From the IMG/VR virus record IMGVR_UViG_2563366953_000005, positions 1-39,664 of that record: DNA of 39,664 bases; one strand, 5' to 3'. How positions within the stretch are numbered: the first letter of the stretch is position 1; each line of letters opens with the position of its first letter. The notes under the pieces are model-generated. The model had not been told where the DNA came from. It saw only the letters and a list, made by a program, of their open reading frames with translations, and ran no database searches. The DNA comes from a virus (taxonomy: Duplodnaviria; Heunggongvirae; Uroviricota; Caudoviricetes). The position numbers and the translations under genes are program-made. Below are positions 19,457-27,512 of the stretch, piece after piece.

Positions 19457-19801
19457 TTACACGCCCAGTTCTTTACGCTTATCTGCGATCTTCTCGCGGA
19501 GCGTTTCGGCTTTGGCGTTATGGTGTGGCTTCTCGTTAAAGAGCAATTCGTACTCTTCACGGAGCTTATCCAGCTCACCATCATCTGACACATCGTTGAT
19601 GATTTTGGTACTGGTTGCTGCCATTGACACCTTTCCTGCTACCTTTGCTTTTGCCTGTCTGGCTGCATCGTTAACAGGTTCCAGTGCGCTACCAGGCTCA
19701 CCTTCGTATTCGATTTCTGCCCCCTCCGGCCACAGAGTGTTATGGATATGAGAGAGGCGCAGAACGCGGTATCTTGGTTTCTCACCTGACATCGATATCA
19801 C
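19457..19801 (-). CDS. Small structural/assembly protein
   Basis: 114 aa; ORF in structural operon, no recognisable motif. Confidence 0.35.
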   Translation of the reverse strand: MISMSGEKPRYRVLRLSHIHNTLWPEGAEIEYEGEPGSALEPVNDAARQAKAKVAGKVSMAATSTKIINDVSDDGELDKLREEYELLFNEKPHHNAKAETLREKIADKRKELGV

Positions 19802-19802
19802 C

Positions 19803-20240
19803 TTAACCAGTTACTTTTGAGCGGATCGGATACGGCGTATTGGCATCAACATCAAGACTGATACCAGCAGTGAATTCGCCAGCCGTTAGTGGGCCAGTTG
19901 CGACGGAGTAGTTAACACGCAGATATCGCTGAACACCGGCAGGCACCTTTGCAGAAACAACTCGTTTACCTGCTGTAAGGGCGGTCTTTGCCAGTGCACC
20001 ACTATCATAAATAGTGGTCCATGAGCTGTTATTATCACTCGTCTGCAACTGGATGTTTACAGTTGCCTCACCACTTGCCGTGGCGGCTTCGTTAACCAGC
20101 GCCCAAAACTCAAGCGGGTAACCCACGCCGATATCACGACGTTTTCCGTCAATTGGACCGAGATCGATTACGTCAGTAGAAGCCGCGGTATTCGTAACCG
20201 CCTGAGCTTCGGAGAACATCAACAGTTTGTCGGTGATCAT
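19803..20240 (-). CDS. Capsid accessory/decoration protein candidate
   Basis: 145 aa; immediately downstream of the major capsid gene; Thr/Ala/Val-rich beta-type composition. Confidence 0.4.
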   Translation of the reverse strand: MITDKLLMFSEAQAVTNTAASTDVIDLGPIDGKRRDIGVGYPLEFWALVNEAATASGEATVNIQLQTSDNNSSWTTIYDSGALAKTALTAGKRVVSAKVPAGVQRYLRVNYSVATGPLTAGEFTAGISLDVDANTPYPIRSKVTG

Positions 20241-20291
20241 CTTCTTTCTCCATTAGTGGGTCTGTTACGACCCACAGGTTAATAACAGGCG

Positions 20292-21284
20292 TTACACCAC
20301 GCGGGCTTCTGTTTCCAGAAGCGCATCAGTTTCACGGATTGGTACACCACGGAATGAAGTCCACCACTCTCCTTCTGTCTCTTTTACGCTGATCGCCAGA
20401 GATGTTTTCTCCAGAGATTGCAGATCAAGAGCCTGGCCTACAGTGCGGTTCATATAGAACACCGGGCGACCCATGCCACGATTTGGAATGCGATGCAGTG
20501 CTTTAACCATCAACTTCGCAATATTTGCGGCAGAGGATGGTTCTGAAAGATTGCTGACATCGATGTTTGCAATGCGAACAACATAACGCCAGTCACGCAG
20601 AGCAAGTCCGTTATCCCATTTGTAATGGGTGCGATAGCCTTCGTACTTGCCGCCATTAGCATCTTCCAGTGTCACCTGGCCTTTATCTTCCATCTGGATG
20701 CCAGCCTTCTGCCCTTTCGGGAAGATGCCATGCACGGTGTTTTCGCCCCACACCACTAACCAGATTGAGGTGTTATCTGTACCCGTGCCACCAGCATCAA
20801 TGATGTTCTGAGCATTACCCGCAGACAGGCTGGAATAGCGGGAGGACAGTCCCATAAACTGCTGAGGGTTAACGCTGGAATCACCATAAAACAGCGTCTG
20901 CGCCATCTGCTGATTCATCGCTTCAATAAATGCGCGGTCTTCAGACAGGCGGAATTCAGCGGTATTGCCGTTCAGATCAGCCAGTGACTTATCGACTTCA
21001 GCATAGGTTTCCAGCATGCCAACGGAATCGGTTACCTGCACTGTGGTTGATTTGCTTGGCTGTACGCCATAGTTCAGCAAACGCCAGGTAGCTGAAGGTA
21101 AACCAGAACGAATGGTGGTTCGGTGTCCGGTAGGAAGGTTCCCTTCGACAAAAGGCATATCCTGAAGGATCGGGTTAGTTTGACCGAGAAGCTCGATAAT
21201 CTTATCGACTTTCCCGTTTGGATCGACGCGCTTACCCCAGTCAGCCAGCGTTAGCGCAGTTAAGCCTTTAACAGCCATTGTCAT
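20292..21284 (-). CDS. Major capsid protein
   Basis: 330 aa; follows the scaffold-like gene and portal gene; size and position typical of HK97-fold podovirus capsid proteins. Confidence 0.7.
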   Translation of the reverse strand: MTMAVKGLTALTLADWGKRVDPNGKVDKIIELLGQTNPILQDMPFVEGNLPTGHRTTIRSGLPSATWRLLNYGVQPSKSTTVQVTDSVGMLETYAEVDKSLADLNGNTAEFRLSEDRAFIEAMNQQMAQTLFYGDSSVNPQQFMGLSSRYSSLSAGNAQNIIDAGGTGTDNTSIWLVVWGENTVHGIFPKGQKAGIQMEDKGQVTLEDANGGKYEGYRTHYKWDNGLALRDWRYVVRIANIDVSNLSEPSSAANIAKLMVKALHRIPNRGMGRPVFYMNRTVGQALDLQSLEKTSLAISVKETEGEWWTSFRGVPIRETDALLETEARVV

Positions 21285-21292
21285 TTCCTCTC

Positions 21293-21994
21293 TTATTTGC
21301 CATAGAGCACTTCGGCCGCACTACGCTGGCCTTCATTACCACCGGTGACCATGCCATCTTCAGACATCGCCTTTCCGATTTTCACGAACGTTTTGACCAG
21401 ATCAGGGTGATTACCCAGCCCGGTGGTGTTCAGATATTCTTTGAGTTCAGGTGTCCCGAACTGGTCAAGCGCACGCTGTGCGGCGCTAAGGTTAGAAATC
21501 AACTTGTCGCCACCGATTTCTTTGTCAGCTTTTACATCCTCAGCCCACTGCTCGGTTGTTTTCTGCCAGGCTTCTGCCTGGCGCTGCTGAACACCTGCCA
21601 GAATCTTCGGATAAGTATCAACCAGCTTTTGCGCTTGCTCGTTGGTCAGGTTAAGTTCTCGCGCCACCGGCTCGAATTCCTTCAACGCTTCTGTATCCAG
21701 CTCTACGCCTTCGGCAGCCTGAAACTCGTACTTCTCAGGCGCACCCTCTGGTTTATCGCCGTCCTTTTTTTCATCCTGCTTATCGTTTTCAGGCTTTTTG
21801 TCATCAGCAGGTTTATCGCCATCAGCAACAGGTTGTGGCTTATCACCTTCCGGTTGTGATGGATCACCAACTGGAGCAGGGTTATCACCTGCAGGCGCTG
21901 ACGGTTCTGACGCAGCCGGAGCTGCTCCACCATCGACTGGTTGCTCATTGCAAAGACGGCGATACAGCAAACGCTCAAATAAATTCATGATCAC
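21293..21994 (-). CDS. Scaffolding protein candidate
   Basis: 233 aa; highly acidic, Pro/Asp/Lys-rich N-terminal half then predicted helical C-terminal half; located between portal and capsid genes. Confidence 0.5.
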   Translation of the reverse strand: MIMNLFERLLYRRLCNEQPVDGGAAPAASEPSAPAGDNPAPVGDPSQPEGDKPQPVADGDKPADDKKPENDKQDEKKDGDKPEGAPEKYEFQAAEGVELDTEALKEFEPVARELNLTNEQAQKLVDTYPKILAGVQQRQAEAWQKTTEQWAEDVKADKEIGGDKLISNLSAAQRALDQFGTPELKEYLNTTGLGNHPDLVKTFVKIGKAMSEDGMVTGGNEGQRSAAEVLYGK

Positions 21995-22287
21995 TCCTGT
22001 TCACTGGCCTCTTTGGCCATCTTCAAATACTGTTCAGGGCAATGCGCCATAACGCGCTGAAACAGTTCCAGCGCCAGATTGCGTTGCCCCTCATTAAATG
22101 CCATTGCCATAGCGTCCATCGGTGAGATAGCGGAAAACACACGGCCTTTCTCCAGCACCGACCAGACAACGCGACGCCCCTGTTCACTGCTCATGACAAA
22201 GCGAATGTCATCAATTTCACGCTGCGCCATGTCACGTTGCTTACGGGCGTTTTCTTCTTTCAGTTGATCGTCTTCGTAATCTGTCAT
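21991..22287 (-). CDS. Small head-assembly protein of unknown function
   Basis: 98 aa; overlaps portal stop and scaffold start (translational coupling). Confidence 0.35.
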   Translation of the reverse strand: MTDYEDDQLKEENARKQRDMAQREIDDIRFVMSSEQGRRVVWSVLEKGRVFSAISPMDAMAMAFNEGQRNLALELFQRVMAHCPEQYLKMAKEASEQE

Positions 22288-23963
22288 TGTGATTGCCCAC
22301 CCTGACCACTAACTGCATTCGCCATAGCTGACAAAACACTCGGATCCGAAGTTTTAGCTTCGCTTAGCGTCTTGGCACCCTGTGCCGCCGCCATACCCAT
22401 CGCCATCATTTGTTGCTGCTGTTGTTGCTGTGCCCGTTGCTGGCGAGCCTGCTCAACCTGTTCCTGCGGAACAATGACGGTTGGAGACACTCCGGACATA
22501 TCAGCGAATGCATCGATCGCCTGATCAACGTTGAGTTTGTCGAGAGCTTCTGGTTTCGCTTGCGCAAGTTGACCAATGAAGTTAACCGTGGACGCCAGAC
22601 TGGACAGGCCGATAGACTTCTGCGCCTGAGCCATGACGGAAATGTATTCGACCTTCAGGGGCATACCTTCCATCACGTCTGGCGGTGGCGGCAGCATGTT
22701 TTTACGCACCATCATCGAGAAAGCGCGGTCAATGAGAGGATTAAGACATTCGTCGTTCAGACGCTCCAGAACCGGACCCAACATCAGAAGTTTTTCTTCT
22801 TTCATTTCGATCACCGCTTCAACAGGCATCGAGCGGGTATTGATGTTCTGCAACATCATGAACAGATCGACAAAGTAGGCGCTGTTAATGATTTGACGAG
22901 TGTCCTGAATGTCTGCTACCAGATCTGCTGTACTGGGGTTAACCAGATAAGCAGGCCTGAAACCATCCTGACCAGTAATCTGATCGATATACGTGATGTC
23001 GCCAGGAAGAAGGGAGGCGCGCTGATTCTTGAGGGAAGTCGGAGCAACCATCGGCGGATTGGTGGCTTTATCAATCAACTGCGACTTGCGCTTCTGGAGA
23101 AGCTGCAATGCCTTAACAGGTCCAAGCGCCAGCATACCCGGGCATGATGATCCATAAACATCTTCGCCGTTAACTTCCCAGCGCGGAGCCATAATTGGAA
23201 ACTCATCGAATCCGGACTCACGCAACAACTTGTCGTTATCGCCACCAACCTCGTAATAAACCGATTTGAATGGCTTGTTCTTGCTATCCAGCTTCGATGT
23301 ATCGCGGTCAATGTTCGGGTAAACCGAATGCATCACTTCAATCCACTTCTCGTAGGTGCCGCTTTCCCACATGCTTTTTACGGATTCGCTGACGTTATTT
23401 AGCCCGAACTCCTGAACAAGCTGACGAACAGTCATAGAGAACTTGCGAAAACAGGTGTCCACACTGCCACGAGGTGAGTTAGCCAGGTAGTAACTGCCTA
23501 TCGGGAATGGCATTGTGCGAATGATGTCCTCGTCATCCTCCAGCACTGCCATTGCACCAGTGCTGTATGTGCCGAGGCTTCCGTATAACTGCGGCAGCGA
23601 CTGATAGAGATTCGACTTATTGAACATATCGTTCATGCGGTTCTGCACCGCCTCAAGCCACAACTTAACAGGGCCATAATCCATCATTTCAGGATCTGGC
23701 GTAGCCAGGCGAAACCACGGACGCGCGGGGCTTGTGATGCCTGACATCATGCCGCTGGCGAGAGTGCGCTCCGCCATAGTCCCGGTCGAATCAATAATGC
23801 GTGTATTGCGTCGATCGTTACGGTTGACCTCAGAAGTCAGAAAGCGGGAACCACGCGGGTTGATGTAATCACTCAACTCGCGCCAGTGCGGCTCGAACGA
23901 CTGACGCTCGCTTTCAAGTTGTGCGAACTGTTTGTTCAATCGCTCTTTAGTTGTTTCCGCCAT
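22284..23963 (-). CDS. Portal (head-to-tail connector) protein
   Basis: 559 aa; ATG preceded by ggagtcattgaa; size, position after terminase genes, and Gln/Ala-rich C-terminal tail fit podovirus connector proteins. Confidence 0.75.
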   Translation of the reverse strand: MAETTKERLNKQFAQLESERQSFEPHWRELSDYINPRGSRFLTSEVNRNDRRNTRIIDSTGTMAERTLASGMMSGITSPARPWFRLATPDPEMMDYGPVKLWLEAVQNRMNDMFNKSNLYQSLPQLYGSLGTYSTGAMAVLEDDEDIIRTMPFPIGSYYLANSPRGSVDTCFRKFSMTVRQLVQEFGLNNVSESVKSMWESGTYEKWIEVMHSVYPNIDRDTSKLDSKNKPFKSVYYEVGGDNDKLLRESGFDEFPIMAPRWEVNGEDVYGSSCPGMLALGPVKALQLLQKRKSQLIDKATNPPMVAPTSLKNQRASLLPGDITYIDQITGQDGFRPAYLVNPSTADLVADIQDTRQIINSAYFVDLFMMLQNINTRSMPVEAVIEMKEEKLLMLGPVLERLNDECLNPLIDRAFSMMVRKNMLPPPPDVMEGMPLKVEYISVMAQAQKSIGLSSLASTVNFIGQLAQAKPEALDKLNVDQAIDAFADMSGVSPTVIVPQEQVEQARQQRAQQQQQQQMMAMGMAAAQGAKTLSEAKTSDPSVLSAMANAVSGQGGQSQ

Positions 23964-23977
23964 TTCAATGACTCCGG

Positions 23978-24184
23978 TTACTGACCAAGTAGCGTTTTAC
24001 CGCTGGTATTAGCGGTTGATGTGTCGCCCTGAGAACCGGTAAGCAGCGTAGAACTACGACCAGCAGCAGCGCGACGGCGACGTGTTTCTTCGTCGCGGGC
24101 ATCAACAATGACGGCATCCTGCTCCTGTGGTGCTGCCTGAACTTCTGGTGTTGCAGGCACTGATGGTGAGCTACCCATGCACAT
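23978..24184 (-). CDS. Small low-complexity protein upstream of portal
   Basis: 68 aa; its start is preceded by the same 12-nt sequence cggagtcattga found before the portal start, suggesting a genuine translation initiation region; composition is low complexity, so coding status is uncertain. Confidence 0.35.
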   Translation of the reverse strand: MCMGSSPSVPATPEVQAAPQEQDAVIVDARDEETRRRRAAAGRSSTLLTGSQGDTSTANTSGKTLLGQ

Positions 24185-24252
24185 ATCAATGACTCCGTAC
24201 GCAATTAAATTATTACCAATTTAACCACATATGATTTATTTATCGTAGATAC

Positions 24253-24289
24253 TTGACATTTAATGCACTAATTATTACCTTTCAGGTAA
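24253..24289 (+). promoter_or_regulatory. Sigma70-like promoter with overlapping operator
   Basis: TTGACA at 24253-24258; operator-type palindrome TTACCTTTCAGGTAA at 24275-24289 overlapping the -10 region; points toward the tRNA unit. Confidence 0.45.
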
Positions 24290-24611
24290 GCAAAGAGTTC
24301 ATTCCGGTTATTAACCTGACTGGCTTGTCGTTAAATTGAACAGGTGGGGTGAGCTTTTATTTTGAGCAGTACGGTGTATGGCACATGCGCCGATAGCGGT
24401 CTGGATACGTTTAAGGGGCACCCTCCCTTGCTCGGGAAAACGAACCAGGTAGCCGGAATGTGCAAGTCGAGCGGTTTTATTCCGCGCACGGGGATTCACC
24501 ATCCCGGCGATTCGGTGTGACACCTCGGAAGAGACGAGGGTGCAACGATGAGAGCATTTATGGAGCCGCGACAAAGTGTGGTGCCTTAACAGGCTAAGTG
24601 CTCTCAGCGTT

Positions 24612-24688
24612 GTGGCATTAGCTCAGTTGGACAGAGCAACCGCCTTCTAAGCGGTTGGTCGCAGGTTCGAATCCTGCATGCCACGCCA
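24612..24688 (+). tRNA. tRNA-Arg (anticodon UCU)
   Basis: 77 nt; 7-bp acceptor stem GTGGCAT/ATGCCAC, D-arm GCTC-AGTTGGACA-GAGC, anticodon stem ACCGC/GCGGT with loop CTTCTAA (anticodon TCT), T-arm GCAGG-TTCGAAT-CCTGC, discriminator G and encoded CCA. Confidence 0.85.
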
Positions 24689-24731
24689 GAATCACGCCTA
24701 AGGACCGTGATGCCAGAAGTTCCAGGTGCTT

Positions 24732-24775
24732 GGCGGTGATGGTTTCCCTTGAAGGACTATCACCGCCCTTTTTAC
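24732..24775 (+). terminator. Terminator downstream of tRNA-Arg
   Basis: Stem ggcggtgat (24732-24740) pairs with atcaccgcc (24759-24767), followed by cttttt. Confidence 0.55.
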
Positions 24776-24851
24776 AGCAGGACGCCATTGCGATGACTTC
24801 ATGCTGTAAACCAGTACAGCCACGGAAGGCATAACTCATTGCTTCCAGTTC

Positions 24852-24875
24852 GCCCGGTTCGCCGGGCATTTTTTT
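24852..24875 (+). terminator. UUCG-tetraloop hairpin plus T7 tract abutting the RBS of the next gene
   Basis: gcccgg-ttcg-ccgggc then a ttttttt; the SD aaggtgag starts 1 nt after the T tract. Confidence 0.55.
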
Positions 24876-24886
24876 AAGGTGAGATT

Positions 24887-25243
24887 ATGAACGACCAGCA
24901 AATCGAAAAAGAAATCGTTGAGAAAGGCCAAACCGCTCCGCGAGTTACGCCTCAATATATCGAAAGCATCATTCTTGAAGAGCATTTCTTTACTGCTTAT
25001 GACGGCATTCGTGCTGCCAATATGGGCGTTGGCGATTCATGGACAGCGCATAAATCTACAGACCTCCTGACTTTCTGCGTACTGGTGCTGAAGAATGGCT
25101 TCACCGTCACCGGAGAGAGCGCCTGTGCAAGCCCGGAAAACTTTGATGCAGAAATTGGTCGGAAGATTGCCCGGCAGAATGCTGTAAACAAAATCTGGAC
25201 GCTCGAAGGTTACTTGCTGAAGCAGAAGCTAAGCGAGCAATAA
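24887..25243 (+). CDS. Orphan small phage protein of unknown function
   Basis: 118 aa; ATG with strong SD aaggtgag; plus-strand gene between terL and the tRNA, antisense to the late operon; followed by a terminator. Confidence 0.6.
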   Translation: MNDQQIEKEIVEKGQTAPRVTPQYIESIILEEHFFTAYDGIRAANMGVGDSWTAHKSTDLLTFCVLVLKNGFTVTGESACASPENFDAEIGRKIARQNAVNKIWTLEGYLLKQKLSEQ

Positions 25244-25247
25244 CACC

Positions 25248-25259
25248 GTGACATGTCAC
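25248..25259. repeat. Palindrome GTGACATGTCAC (copy 2 of 3)
   Basis: Perfect 12-bp palindrome 5 bp after the stop of the 24887-25243 gene. Confidence 0.45.
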
Positions 25260-25263
25260 AAAC

Positions 25264-25290
25264 AGCCAGCCGATGAGCTGGCTTTGTTTT
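25264..25290 (+). terminator. Rho-independent terminator
   Basis: agccagc-cgatga-gctggct followed by ttgtttt. Confidence 0.6.
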
Positions 25291-25333
25291 ATCCTCATCA
25301 GAGGATATCAACGACATTATCCCCTCCAGAGGA

Positions 25334-26809
25334 TTAAGCATAGGGATCGTAATCTGTGATGGCCTTGCCTTGCTGGTTATGTTTCCCGGGAATTCGCAGG
25401 CGCTTCGACACAGGGAAAGCAAACGTCAGCAGTAGCGCATCGCCTTTACCAGGCGAACGCCCAAGTCGTTCTTTGATATCTTCCTTCGGTTCGATAACGA
25501 TTTTACCATCCACGCGAACTTTGTACTCTGCCGCCGACAGATCGTCCGCTGTTTCCTGGTCATCCAGCATCCCGCCCAACCTCAGCCATGTCTTGCATGA
25601 GTTGAACATCTCCCCGCGCTTGTTGAGCATCTGAGGGTCAGTTGACGCACCACCGAACGGAACAAGTTGCCATGTACGTCCCCAGCCATCACCGATTGAC
25701 TTCAAACCGGTTCCGTAACCGAAGTCGATGAATACCGCGTCAGCCTGATACTGGTCTTCAAAGTCAGCGATGCGCTTCGCCATAATCAGATCGTCGGTGG
25801 TCTTGTTGCCAGTCCACAGCACCTTACTATGCAACCCCTGCCGCAGGTATATCACCGCGTCATCAACGCCTGAATATGCCGGGTCAACACCGATTATCAC
25901 CGGAGCATGTGCCACCTGCGCAGCAGTTACCACCCGTTTCATTGCCTCATCAGTAAGACCGGTAGGGATAAACTGCAATTCAGATGCATCAGGGAATATG
26001 CCGCGCACACGGATTTTAACGAAGTCGCTATCTTCCCCGTAGTCATCAACCCATTTCTGCAACTGCTGTTTGTTAGTGCCTTCCACCGTCCGGCTGTCAA
26101 TCTGCGCAGTTTTCCAGCGGTGTTTATATTTGCGGAAACATTCGCGGAAACGCCCGGTGTTACGTGTAGGGTTTCCGAACGCCACCCAGATAATCTCAGT
26201 GTCTTCGTCCGTTAGCGCACCCTCGGCAACTTCCCACACCAGATCCGCAATGTTCGACGCTTCATCAAATACCACGATGATGCGTTTACGCTCGTTGTGT
26301 AGTCCGGCGAATGCCTCAGTGTTGTGCTCAGACCAGGGGATTGCGTCAGCTCGCCACCGCTTGTCGTGCCCAGGATCATTGCTGTACATCGCGGTAGCGG
26401 TACAGGTAAACCAGTCTTTCGTGATAGCAAAGTTCGACCACTTGATAATTTCCGGCCAGGTCTTCGTTCGTAGCTGGTTGTCGGTGTTGGCGGTCACCAC
26501 GACCTTACAATCCTCGCAAGTGGACATGCCCCAGTTGATCAGCATTGAGATGAATGCGGATTTACCAATACCGTGACCAGAAGCGCGTGCCAGCATAAGC
26601 GGCTGATAGCGCGTCTCTGGATTCTGCAGGTGATCACGTATCTCTCGGAACGCATCAGCCTGCCACTGACGTGGGCCGGTAGCATGTGCCAGTTCAGTCC
26701 CCTCTTCCCCCCACGGGAACGCATAGAGGGCATAGCCAAGAGGATCATGAGTGAATCCGGCAATATCCTCGATCAACTGTTCTTCAGGAGATAACGCTGC
26801 ATCTGTCAC
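25334..26809 (-). CDS. Terminase large subunit
   Basis: 491 aa; Walker-A-like ATPase motif (ASGHGIGKSAF) in the N-terminal domain and an acidic nuclease-type C-terminal domain; 4-bp overlap with the upstream small-subunit gene. Confidence 0.85.
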   Translation of the reverse strand: MTDAALSPEEQLIEDIAGFTHDPLGYALYAFPWGEEGTELAHATGPRQWQADAFREIRDHLQNPETRYQPLMLARASGHGIGKSAFISMLINWGMSTCEDCKVVVTANTDNQLRTKTWPEIIKWSNFAITKDWFTCTATAMYSNDPGHDKRWRADAIPWSEHNTEAFAGLHNERKRIIVVFDEASNIADLVWEVAEGALTDEDTEIIWVAFGNPTRNTGRFRECFRKYKHRWKTAQIDSRTVEGTNKQQLQKWVDDYGEDSDFVKIRVRGIFPDASELQFIPTGLTDEAMKRVVTAAQVAHAPVIIGVDPAYSGVDDAVIYLRQGLHSKVLWTGNKTTDDLIMAKRIADFEDQYQADAVFIDFGYGTGLKSIGDGWGRTWQLVPFGGASTDPQMLNKRGEMFNSCKTWLRLGGMLDDQETADDLSAAEYKVRVDGKIVIEPKEDIKERLGRSPGKGDALLLTFAFPVSKRLRIPGKHNQQGKAITDYDPYA

Positions 26810-27402
26810 TGATTACCACCCTGGCGTTCTTTGAGTCGCTTCCTGGCTGCTGCTATGCGATCTGCAATTGTCACATTCACATTAACATCCAGGCGTTCTT
26901 TAAACGCGTTAACATCAACATGCTTACCAATCAGCTCAAGGTTCTTCACCTTGTCAGGCCATTTAATTTTTTTGAGGATTGTCTCTATCGAATCCTCGTT
27001 CATGTTCATGATGGTCGATGACAGATCAAAGCCGCTAAGCGTAGTGCGCCATATTTTCGGCCACTCGCGGATTGGCTTAAGGCTCCCATCGTCGTTGAGG
27101 ATGTCGATCACGTCCATCTGGTCGATCTCCACCAGGCGCATAAGAACGTAATCGGCACTGACGCGCATTCGTTTGTTGCGTTCCTCCATTAGCTCGGCAA
27201 TCCGTTTCTGAATGCGTTCATCGCGCATCATAACACTGGCTTTAACTGCCGCTGTATTTGGAGAGAATCCTGCGTTAATCGCTGCCTGAGTCTGGTTTTC
27301 AGGCGTTTTGATGTATGACTGGCAATAAGCCTCCTGCATTGCTGTTAGTGGCTTAAATTGCGTTGATTTGCGTTTATAGGTTTTAGGTTCAGCAGGCATC
27401 AT
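26806..27402 (-). CDS. Terminase small subunit
   Basis: About 198 aa from the ATG at 27402 (the track ORF starts at an upstream TTG at 27480); HTH-like N-terminal region (TQAAINAGFSPNTAAVKASVMM) typical of small terminase subunits; exact start uncertain. Confidence 0.65.
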   Translation of the reverse strand: MMPAEPKTYKRKSTQFKPLTAMQEAYCQSYIKTPENQTQAAINAGFSPNTAAVKASVMMRDERIQKRIAELMEERNKRMRVSADYVLMRLVEIDQMDVIDILNDDGSLKPIREWPKIWRTTLSGFDLSSTIMNMNEDSIETILKKIKWPDKVKNLELIGKHVDVNAFKERLDVNVNVTIADRIAAARKRLKERQGGNQ

Positions 27403-27434
27403 AACCACCGTGGTAATAGTTACCATTGTGGTAA
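27402..27434. promoter_or_regulatory. Tandem operator-like palindromes at the terS start
   Basis: TAACCACCGTGGTAA (27402-27416) and TTACCATTGTGGTAA (27420-27434), both of TTACC-N5-GGTAA type. Confidence 0.4.
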
Positions 27435-27445
27435 TAGTACCATGC

Positions 27446-27471
27446 AAAATAAAGCCGCCATAGTTGGCGGC
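27446..27471 (-). terminator. Candidate terminator upstream of the late operon
   Basis: On the minus strand: gccgcca-acta-tggcggc followed by tttatttt. Confidence 0.4.
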
Positions 27472-27512
27472 AGTATTCAAAACCCATCAAATTCATCATG
27501 CATAATCTACTC

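Noticed and set aside
24480-24515. T-arm-like segment (ggga-ttcacca-tccc) suggesting a second tRNA or pseudo-tRNA in the leader
   Set aside because: Loop has C at the position where canonical T-loops have A, and no acceptor, D or anticodon arms can be built around it.
24311-24574. Minus-strand 87-aa ORF within the tRNA leader region
   Set aside because: Arg/His-rich composition, no credible RBS; the interval looks structured rather than coding. Not called a gene, though a small protein cannot be fully excluded.
24732-24767. Inverted repeat GGCGGTGAT ... ATCACCGCC resembling lambda operator half-sites (TATCACCGC)
   Set aside because: Half-sites are in the everted orientation with an 18-nt gap and are followed by a T tract directly after the tRNA; read as a terminator hairpin, not a lambda-type operator.
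24618-24869. Minus-strand 83-aa ORF from the six-frame track
   Set aside because: It is antisense to the tRNA-Arg gene and to its terminator hairpin, has no RBS and no protein-like composition; treated as a shadow ORF.
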